A stretch of 64,000 nucleotides of DNA, taken from contig JBHGNT010000039.1 of the NCBI GenBank assembly GCA_043228905.1, positions 62,001 through 126,000 on the forward strand, read 5' to 3'. The notes under the pieces are model-generated. The model ran no database searches. It saw nothing but the letters and a program-made list of their open reading frames with translations, and had not been told where the DNA came from. Shown here in pieces: positions 53,810 to 64,000 of the stretch (its first letter is position 1; every line of letters begins with the position of its first letter). Made by a program: the position numbers and the translations under genes. This DNA is from Azolla caroliniana. Taxonomy: Eukaryota; Plantae; Polypodiophyta.

Positions 53810-56800
53810 TAGGTATAAACATTTTAATTTACTCAAGGGCTCCTCTCAACTCACTCCTCAAATTTGCTAATTTCGTCATGTCTCTCGACCTTAGTTTCAA
53901 AGTCTTCATTTTGTAATTCCATATCATAGCTAGCGTTGTTAGCTTCGATTCGCATGTTTGAACACAAAAATCCGATATCACACGAGCCAGGTATGAACAT
54001 TTTAATTTACTCAAGGGCTCCTCTCAACTCCCTCGTCAAGGTTGCTAATTTCGTCATATCTCTCGACCTGAGTTTCAAAATCTTGATTTTTTCAATCCAT
54101 ATCATAGCTAGCGTTGTTGGCTTCGATTCGCATGTTTGAACAGAAAAATCCGATATCACACGAGCCAGGTATGAACATTGTAATTTACCTACTAGCACTT
54201 CTCAACTCACTCCTCAAATTTGGTAATTTCGTCATGTCTCTCCACCTGAGTTTCAAAATCTTGATTTTTTAATTCCATATCATAGCTAGCGTTATTGGCT
54301 TCGATTCGCATGTTTGAACACAAAAATCCGATATCACACGAGCCAGGTATGAACATTTTAATTTACTCAAGGGCTCCTCTCAACTCCCTCCTCAAATTTG
54401 CTAATTTCGTCATATCTCTCGACCTTAGTTTCAAAATCTTGATTTTTTCAATCCATATCATAGGTAGCGTTGTTGGCTTCGATTCGCATGTTTGAACACA
54501 AAAATCCGATATCACACTCGCTAGGTATGAACATTTTAATTTACTCAAGGGCTTCTCTCAACTCACCCCTCAAACTTGCTAATTTCTTCATGTCTCTCGA
54601 CCTGAGTATCAAAATCTTGATTTTTTAATTCCATATCATAGCTAGGGTTGTTAGCTTTGATTCGCATGTTTGAACACAAAAATCCGATATCACACGAGCC
54701 AGGTATGAACATTTTAATTTACTCAAGGGCTCCTCTCAACTCCCTCCTCAAATTTTGTAATTTCGTCATGTCTCTCAACCTGGGTTTCAAAATCTTGATT
54801 TTTTAATTCCATATCATAGCTAGCGTTGTTAGCTTCGATTTGCATGTTTGAACACAAAAATCCGATATCACACTCGCTAGGTATGAACATTTTAATTTAC
54901 TCAAGGGCTCCTCTCAACTCACTCCTCAAATTTGCTAATTTCGTCATGTCTCTCGACCTTAGTTTCAAAATCTTGATTTTTTAATTCCATACCATAGCTA
55001 GCGTTGTTAGCTTCGATTTGCATGTTTGAACACAAAAATCCGATATCACACTCGCTAGGTATGAACATTTTAATTTACTCAAGGGCTCCTCTCAACTCAC
55101 TCCTCAAATTTGCTAATTTCGTCATGTCTCTCGACCTGAGTTTCAAAATCTTGATTTTTTAATTCCATATGATAGCTAGCGTTGTTAGCTTCGATTCGCA
55201 TGTTTGAACACAAAAATCCGATATCACACGTGCTAGGTATAACCATTTTAATTTAATCAAGGGCTCCTCTCAACTCCCTCGTCAAGGTTGCTAATTTCGT
55301 CATATCTCTCGACCTGAGTTTCAAAATCTTGATTTTTTAAATCCATATCATAGCTAGCGTTGTTGGCTTCGATTCGCATGTTTGAACACAAAAATCCGAT
55401 ATCACACGAGCCAGGTATGAACATTGTAATTTACCTACTAGCTCTTCTCAACTCCCTCCTCAAATTTGGTAATTTCGTCATGTCTCTCGACCTGAGTTTC
55501 AAAATCTTGATTTTTTAATTCCATATCATAGCTAGCGTTGTTAGCTTCGATTCGCATGTTTGAACACAAAAATCCGATATCACACGAGCTAGGTATGAAC
55601 ATTTTTATTTACTCAAGGGCTCCTCTCAACTCGCTCCTCAAATTTTGTAATTTCGTCATGTCTCTCGACCTGGGTTTCAAAATCTTGATTTTTTAATTCC
55701 ATATCATAGCTAGCGTTGTTAGCTTCGATTCGCATGTTTGTAGACAAAAATCCGATATCACACGAGCCAGGTATGAACATTGTAATTTACCTACTAGCTC
55801 TTCTCAACTCCCTCATCAAATTTGGTAATTTCGTCATGTCTCTCGACCTGAGTTTCAAAATCTTGATTTTTTAATTCCATATCATAGCTAGCGTTGTTAG
55901 CTTCGATTCGCATGTTTGTACACAAAAATCCGATATCACACTCGCTAGGTATGAACATTTTAATTTACTCAAGGGCTCCTCTCACCTCACTCCTCAAATT
56001 TGCTAATTTCGTCATGTCTCTTGACCTGAGTTTCAAAATCTTGATTTTTTATTCCATATCATAGCTAGCGTTGTTAGCTTCGATGCGCATGTTTGAACAC
56101 AAAAATCCGATATCACACGAGCCAGGTATGAACATTTTAATTTACTCAAGGGCTCCTCTCAACTCCATCCTCAAATTTGCTAATTTCGTCATGTCTCTCG
56201 ACCTTAGTTTCAAAATCTTGATTTTTTAATTCCATATCATAGCTAGCGTTGTTAGCTTCGATTCGCATGTTTGAACACAAAAATCCGATATCACACGAGT
56301 TAGGTATCAACATTTTTATTTACTCAAGGGTTCCTCTCAACTCCCTCGTCAAGGTTGCTAATTTCGTCATATCTCTCGACCTGAGTTTCAAAATCTTGAT
56401 TTTTTTAATCCATATCATAGCTAGCGTTGTTGGCTTCGATTCGAATGTTTGAACACAAAAATCCGATATCACACGAGCCAGGTATGAACATTGTAATTTA
56501 CCTACTAGCTCTTCTCAACTCCCTCCTCAAATTTGCTAATTTCGTCATGTCTCTCGACCTGAGTTTCAAAATCTTGATTTTTTAATTCCATATCATAGCT
56601 AGCGTTGTTAGCTTCGATTCGCATGTTTGTACACAAAAATCCGATATCACACTCGCTAGGTATGAACATTTTAATTTACTCAAGGGCTCCTCTCACCTCA
56701 CTCCTCAAATTTGCTAATTTCGTCATGTCTCTTGACCTGAGTTTCAAAATCTTGATTTTTTATTCCATATCATAGCTAGCGTTGTTAGCTTCGATTCGCA

Positions 56801-59800
56801 TGTTTGAACACAAAAATCCGATATCACACGAGCCAGGTATGAACATTTTAATTCACTCACGCAATCTTCCAACCTCACTCCTCAAATTTGCTAATTTCGT
56901 CATGTCTCTCGACCTTAGTTTCAAAATCTTGATTTTTTAATTCCATATCATAGCTAGCGTTGTTAGCTTCGATTCGCATGTTTGAACACAAAAATCCGAT
57001 ATCACACGAGTTAGGTATCAACATTTTTATTTACTCAAGGGTTCCTCTCAACTCCCTCGTCAAGGTTGCTAATTTCGTCATATCTCTCGACCTGAGTTTC
57101 AAAATCTTGATTTTTTAAATCCATATCATAGCTAGCGTTGTTGGCTTCGATTCGCATGTTTGAACACAAAAATCCGATATCACACGAGCCAGGTATGAAC
57201 ATTGTAATTTACCTACTAGCTCTTCTCAACTCCCTCCTCAAATTTGCTAATTTCGTCATGTCTCTCCACCTGAGTTTCAAAATCTTGATTTTTTAATTCC
57301 ATATCATAGCTAGCGTTGTTAGCTTCGATTCGCATGTTTGTACACAAAAATCCGATATCACACTCGCTAGGTATGAACATTTTAATTTACTCAAGGGCTT
57401 CTCTCAACTCACCCCTCAAACTTGCTAATTTCTTCATGTCTCTCGACCTGAGTTTCAAAATCTTGATTTTTTAATTCCATATCATAGCTAGCATTGTTAG
57501 CTTTGATTCGCATGTTTGAACACAAAAATCCGATATCACACGAGCCAGGTATGAACATTTTAATTTACTCAAGGGCTCCTCTCAACTCCCTCCTCAAATT
57601 TTGTAATTTCGTCATGTCTCTCGACCTGGGTTTCAAAATCTTGATTTTTTAATTCCATATCATAGCTAGCGTTGTTAGCTTCGATTCGCATGTTTGAACA
57701 CAAAAATCCGATATCACACGAGCTAGGTATGAACATTTTAATTTACTCAAGGGCTCCTCTCAACTCCCTCCTCAAATTTTGTAATTTCGTCATGTCTCTC
57801 GACCTGGGTTTCAAAATCTTGATTTTTTAATTCCATATCATAGCTAGCGTTGTTAGCTTCGATTCGCATGTTTGAACACAAAAATCCGATATCACACGAG
57901 CCAGGTATGAACATTTTAATTTACTCAAGGGCTCCTCTCAACTCACTCCTCAAATTTGCTAATTTCGTCATGTCTCTCGACCTTAGTTTCAAAATCTTGA
58001 TTTTTTAATTCCATATCATAGCTAGCGTTGTTAGCTTCGATTCGCATGTTTGAACACAAAAATCCGATATCACACGAGCCAGGTATGAACATTTTCATTT
58101 ACTCAAGGGCTCCTCTCAACTCCCTCCTCAAATTTGCTAATTTCGTCATGTCTCTCGACCTTAGTTTCAAAATCTTGATTTTTAAATTCCATATCATAGC
58201 TAGCGTTGTTAGCTTCGATTCGCATGTTTGGACACAAAAATCCGATATCACACGAGCCAGGTATGAACCAATTTAATTTACTCAAGGGCTCCTCTCAACT
58301 CACTCCTCAAATTTGCTAATTTCGTCATGTCTCTCGACCTTAGTTTCAAAATCTTGATTTTTTAATTCCATATCATAGCTAGCGTTGTTGGCTTCGATTC
58401 GCATGTTTGAACACAAAAATCCGATATCACACGAGCCAGGTATGAACATTGTAATTTACCTACTAGCTCCTCTCAACTCCCTCCTCAAATTTGCTAATTT
58501 CGTCATGTCTCTCCACCTGAGTTTCAAAATCTTGATTTTTTAATTCCATATCATAGCTAGCGTTGTTAGCTTCGATTCGCATGTTTGTACACAAAAATCC
58601 GATATCACACTCGCTAGGTATGAACATTTTAATTTACTCAAGGGCTTCTCTCAACTCACCCCTCAAACTTGCTAATTTCTTCATGTCTCTCGACCTGAGT
58701 TTCAAAATCTTGATTTTTTAATTCCATATCATAGCTAGCATTGTTAGCTTTGATTCGCATGTTTGAACACAAAAATCCGATATCACACGAGCCAGGTATG
58801 AACATTTTAATTTACTCAAGGGCTCCTCTCAACTCCCTCCTCAAATTTTGTAATTTCGTCATGTCTCTCGACCTGGGTTTCAAAATCTTGATTTTTTAAT
58901 TCCATATCATAGCTAGCGTTGTTAGCTTCGATTCGCATGTTTGAACACAAAAATCCGATATCACACGAGCTAGGTATGAACATTTTAATTTACTCAAGGG
59001 CTCCTCTCAACTCCCTCCTCAAATTTTGTAATTTCGTCATGTCTCTCGACCTGGGTTTCAAAATCTTGATTTTTTAATTCCATATCATAGCTAGCGTTGT
59101 TAGCTTCGATTCGCATGTTTGAACACAAAAATCCGATATCACACGAGCCAGGTATGAACATTTTAATTTACTCAAGGGCTCCTCTCAACTCACTCCTCAA
59201 ATTTGCTAATTTCGTCATGTCTCTCGACCTTAGTTTCAAAATCTTGATTTTTTAATTCCATATCATAGCTAGCGTTGTTAGCTTCGATTCGCATGTTTGA
59301 ACACAAAAATCCGATATCACACGAGCCAGGTATGAACATTTTCATTTACTCAAGGGCTCCTCTCAACTCCCTCCTCAAATTTGCTAATTTCGTCATGTCT
59401 CTCGACCTTAGTTTCAAAGTCTTCATTTTGTAATTCCATATCATAGCTAGCGTTGTTAGCTTCGATTCGCATGTTTGAACACAAAAATCCGATATCACAC
59501 GAGTTAGGTATCAACATTTTTATTTACTCAAGGGTTCATCTCAACTCCCTCGTCAAGGTTGCTACTTTCGTCATATCTCTCGACCTGAGTTTCAAAATCT
59601 TGATTTTTTGAATCCATATCATAGCTAGCGTTGTTGGCTTCGATTCGCATGTTTGAACAGAAAAATCCGATATCACACGAGCCAGGTATGAACATTGTAA
59701 TTTACCTACTAGCACTTCTCAACTCACTCCTCAAATTTGGTAATTTCGTCATGTCTCTCCACCTGAGTTTCAAAATCTTGATTTTTTAATTCCATATCAT

Positions 59801-62800
59801 AGCTAGCGTTATTGGCTTCGATTCGCATGTTTGAACACAAAAATCCGATATCACACGAGCCAGGTATGAACATTTTAATTTACTCAAGGGCTCCTCTCAA
59901 CTCCCTCCTCAAATTTGCTAATTTCGTCATATCTCTCGACCTTAGTTTCAAAATCTTGATTTTTTCAATCCATATCATAGGTAGCGTTGTTGGCTTCGAT
60001 TCGCATGTTTGAACACAAAAATCCGATATCACACTCGCTAGGTATGAACATTTTAATTTACTCAAGGGCTTCTCTCAACTCACCCCTCAAAATTGCTAAT
60101 TTCTTCATGTCTCTCGACCTGAGTATCAAAATCTTGATTTTTTAATTCCATATCATAGCTAGGGTTGTTAGCTTTGATTCGCATGTTTGAACACAAAAAT
60201 CCGATATCACACGAGCCAGGTATGAACATTTTAATTTACTCAAGGGCTCCTCTCAACTCCCTCCTCAAATTTTGTAATTTCGTCATGTCTCTCAACCTGG
60301 GTTTCAAAATCTTGATTTTTTAATTCCATATCATAGCTAGCGTTGTTAGCTTCGATTTGCATGTTTGAACACAAAAATCCGATATCACACTCGCTAGGTA
60401 TGAACATTTTAATTTACTCAAGGGCTCCTCTCAACTCACTCCTCAAATTTGCTAATTTCGTCATGTCTCTCGACCTTAGTTTCAAAATCTTGATTTTTTA
60501 ATTCCATACCATAGCTAGCGTTGTTAGCTTCGATTTGCATGTTTGAACACAAAAATCCGATATCACACTCGCTAGGTATGAACATTTTAATTTACTCAAG
60601 GGCTCCTCTCAACTCACTCCTCAAATTTGCTAATTTCGTCATGTCTCTCGACCTGAGTTTCAAAATCTTGATTTTTTAATTCCATATGATAGCTAGCGTT
60701 GTTAGCTTCGATTCGCATGTTTGAACACAAAAATCCGATATCACACGTGCTAGGTATAACCATTTTAATTTAATCAAGGGCTCCTCTCAACTCCCTCGTC
60801 AAGGTTGCTAATTTCGTCATATCTCTCGACCTGAGTTTCAAAATCTTGATTTTTTAAATCCATATCATAGCTAGCGTTGTTGGCTTCGATTCGCATGTTT
60901 GAACACAAAAATCCGATATCACACGAGCCAGGTATGAACATTGTAATTTACCTACTAGCTCTTCTCAACTCCCTCCTCAAATTTGGTAATTTCGTCATGT
61001 CTCTCGACCTGAGTTTCAAAATCTTGATTTTTTAATTCCATATCATAGCTAGCGTTGTTAGCTTCGATTCGCATGTTTGAACACAAAAATCCGATATCAC
61101 ACGAGCTAGGTATGAACATTTTTATTTACTCAAGGGCTCCTCTCAACTCGCTCCTCAAATTTTGTAATTTCGTCATGTCTCTCGACCTGGGTTTCAAAAT
61201 CTTGATTTTTTAATTCCATATCATAGCTAGCGTTGTTAGCTTCGATTCGCATGTTTGTAGACAAAAATCCGATATCACACGAGCCAGGTATGAACATTGT
61301 AATTTACCTACTAGCTCTTCTCAACTCCCTCATCAAATTTGGTAATTTCGTCATGTCTCTCGACCTGAGTTTCAAAATCTTGATTTTTTAATTCCATATC
61401 ATAGCTAGCGTTGTTAGCTTCGATTCGCATGTTTGTACACAAAAATCCGATATCACACTCGCTAGGTATGAACATTTTAATTTACTCAAGGGCTCCTCTC
61501 ACCTCACTCCTCAAATTTGCTAATTTCGTCATGTCTCTTGACCTGAGTTTCAAAATCTTGATTTTTTATTCCATATCATAGCTAGCGTTGTTAGCTTCGA
61601 TGCGCATGTTTGAACACAAAAATCCGATATCACACGAGCCAGGTATGAACATTTTAATTTACTCAAGGGCTCCTCTCAACTCCATCCTCAAATTTGCTAA
61701 TTTCGTCATGTCTCTCGACCTTAGTTTCAAAATCTTGATTTTTTAATTCCATATCATAGCTAGCGTTGTTAGCTTCGATTCGCATGTTTGAACACAAAAA
61801 TCCGATATCACACGAGTTAGGTATCAACATTTTTATTTACTCAAGGGTTCCTCTCAACTCCCTCGTCAAGGTTGCTAATTTCGTCATATCTCTCGACCTG
61901 AGTTTCAAAATCTTGATTTTTGTAATCCATATCATAGCTAGCGTTGTTGGCTTCGATTCGAATGTTTGAACACAAAAATCCGATATCACACGAGCCAGGT
62001 ATGAACATTGTAATTTACCTACTAGCTCTTCTCAACTCCCTCCTCAAATTTGCTAATTTCGTCATGTCTCTCGACCTGAGTTTCAAAATCTTGATTTTTT
62101 AATTCCATATCATAGCTAGCGTTGTTAGCTTCGATTCGCATGTTTGTACACAAAAATCCGATATCACACTCGCTAGGTATGAACATTTTAATTTACTCAA
62201 GGGCTCCTCTCACCTCACTCCTCAAATTTGCTAATTTCGTCATGTCTCTTGACCTGAGTTTCAAAATCTTGATTTTTTATTCCATATCATAGCTAGCGTT
62301 GTTAGCTTCGATTCGCATGTTTGAACACAAAAATCCGATATCACACGAGCCAGGTATGAACATTTTAATTCACTCACGCAATCTTCCAACCTCACTCCTC
62401 AAATTTGCTAATTTCGTCATGTCTCTCGACCTTAGTTTCAAAATCTTGATTTTTTAATTCCATATCATAGCTAGCGTTGTTAGCTTCGATTCGCATGTTT
62501 GAACACAAAAATCCGATATCACACGAGTTAGGTATCAACATTTTTATTTACTCAAGGGTTCCTCTCAACTCCCTCGTCAAGGTTGCTAATTTCGTCATAT
62601 CTCTCGACCTGAGTTTCAAAATCTTGATTTTTTAAATCCATATCATAGCTAGCGTTGTTGGCTTCGATTCGCATGTTTGAACACAAAAATCCGATATCAC
62701 ACGAGCCAGGTATGAACATTGTAATTTACCTACTAGCTCTTCTCAACTCCCTCCTCAAATTTGCTAATTTCGTCATGTCTCTCCACCTGAGTTTCAAAAT

Positions 62801-64000
62801 CTTGATTTTTTAATTCCATATCATAGCTAGCGTTGTTAGCTTCGATTCGCATGTTTGTACACAAAAATCCGATATCACACTCGCTAGGTATGAACATTTT
62901 AATTTACTCAAGGGCTTCTCTCAACTCACCCCTCAAACTTGCTAATTTCTTCATGTCTCTCGACCTGAGTTTCAAAATCTTGATTTTTTAATTCCATATC
63001 ATAGCTAGCATTGTTAGCTTTGATTCGCATGTTTGAACACAAAAATCCGATATCACACGAGCCAGGTATGAACATTTTAATTTACTCAAGGGCTCCTCTC
63101 AACTCCCTCCTCAAATTTTGTAATTTCGTCATGTCTCTCGACCTGGGTTTCAAAATCTTGATTTTTTAATTCCATATCATAGCTAGCGTTGTTAACTTCG
63201 ATTCGCATGTTTGAACACAAAAATCCGATATCACACGAGCTAGGTATGAACATTTTAATTTACTCAAGGGCTCCTCTCAACTCCCTCCTCAAATTTTGTA
63301 ATTTCGTCATGTCTCTCGACCTGGGTTTCAAAATCTTGATTTTTTAATTCCATATCATAGCTAGCGTTGTTAGCTTCGATTCGCATGTTTGAACACAAAA
63401 ATCCGATATCACACGAGCCAGGTATGAACATTTTAATTTACTCAAGGGCTCCTCTCAACTCACTCCTCAAATTTGCTAATTTCGTCATGTCTCTCGACCT
63501 TAGTTTCAAAATCTTGATTTTTTAATTCCATATCATAGCTAGCGTTGTTAGCTTCGATTCGCATGTTTGAACACAAAAATCCGATATCACACGAGCCAGG
63601 TATGAACATTTTCATTTACTCAAGGGCTCCTCTCAACTCCCTCCTCAAATTTGCTAATTTCGTCATGTCTCTCGACCTTAGTTTCAAAGTCTTCATTTTG
63701 TAATTCCATATCATAGCTAGCGTTGTTAGCTTCGATTCGCATGTTTGAACACAAAAATCCGATATCACACGAGTTAGGTATCAACATTTTTATTTACTCA
63801 AGGGTTCATCTCAACTCCCTCGTCAAGGTTGCTACTTTCGTCATATCTCTCGACCTGAGTTTCAAAATCTTGATTTTTTGAATCCATATCATAGCTAGCG
63901 TTGTTGGCTTCGATTCGCATGTTTGAACAGAAAAATCCGATATCACACGAGCCAGGTATGAACATTGTAATTTACCTACTAGCACTTCTCAACTCACTCC
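53810..64000 (+). repeat. Higher-order repeat: 24-mer of 4270 bp; the first copy is lengthened to 5517 bp by an internal 7-mer (1247-bp) duplication, and the third copy runs off the window
   Basis: GATGCGC at 56085/61602 and ORF pairs 54295/59812 and 56249/61766 give 5517. GGGCTTCTC..CACCCCTC at 57400/58647/62917 gives 1247 and 4270. AGGGTTCATC at 59531/63801 gives 4270. Confidence 0.92.

Larger units (their letters stand above)
1..64000 (+). repeat. Tandem satellite DNA array, ~178-bp monomer, ~360 copies, all in one orientation; probably centromeric or pericentromeric; extends beyond both window ends
   Basis: Monomer starts (GGTAT) at 1, 179, 357 and onward. A typical unit is GGTATGAACATTTTAATTTACTCAAGGGCTCCTCTCAACTCACTCCTCAAATTTGCTAATTTCGTCATGTCTCTCGACCTTAGTTTCAAAATCTTGATTTTTTAATTCCATATCATAGCTAGCGTTGTTAGCTTCGATTCGCATGTTTGAACACAAAAATCCGATATCACACGAGCCA (178 nt). 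I saw no non-satellite sequence. The centromeric location is inferred from monomer size and HOR structure only. Confidence 0.98.

Noticed and set aside
303-61969. The 60-82 aa ORFs on both strands (MLASIRMFEHKNP..., MSKL..., MRLEERV...)
   Set aside because: They are translations of ~1-1.4 satellite monomers, mostly from TTG/GTG starts. They are open only where a SNP or indel removes a stop, overlap on opposite strands, and show no recognisable domain or gene context.
1-64000. CRISPR-like or cassette-like array (conserved part alternating with variable part)
   Set aside because: The variable parts are homologous alleles of the same sequence, not unique spacers. The period is 178 bp and there are no cas, integrase or reverse transcriptase genes.
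1-64000. Identity with Arabidopsis CEN178 or Brassica CentBr because of similar length
   Set aside because: Only the length is similar. I do not recognise their characteristic sequence, and the monomer lacks a HindIII AAGCTT site. A database search is needed for any assignment.
1-64000. Tandem 5S rRNA, tRNA, snRNA or spliced-leader gene array
   Set aside because: There are no recognisable 5S, tRNA or snRNA sequences or Pol III A/B/C boxes, and truncated units are freely amplified.
1-64000. Hidden transposon insertion, inversion or telomeric repeat
   Set aside because: Reading through the window I found no non-satellite segment, strand switch or telomere-motif run. All length anomalies are internal deletions or 1-2 bp indels.

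Overview
The whole 64 kb window is one uninterrupted, single-orientation, head-to-tail tandem array of a ~178-bp satellite, about 360 monomers long. A typical monomer is ~37% GC, has a C-rich + strand and carries 7-8 CpGs. Monomer length and organisation are typical of eukaryotic (peri)centromeric satellite DNA, but I cannot assign the family or species. I find no genes, RNAs, CRISPR arrays or transposon insertions, and all supplied ORFs are chance read-throughs of the repeat. The information lies in the variant pattern. There are three monomer subfamilies and a succession of local higher-order repeats (HORs): a 9-mer of 1605 bp, nested 5705/6417/7487-bp duplications, a deletion-marked 13/17/21-mer family, a 10-mer of 1782 bp and a 24-mer of 4270 bp. 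Also present are truncated monomers with microhomology junctions, an out-of-register 580-bp deletion, a subfamily motif that is an inverted copy of nearby sequence, and one monomer with a strand-biased cluster of C mutations. Offsets were counted by hand from rare marker variants, and block boundaries are approximate (about one monomer).
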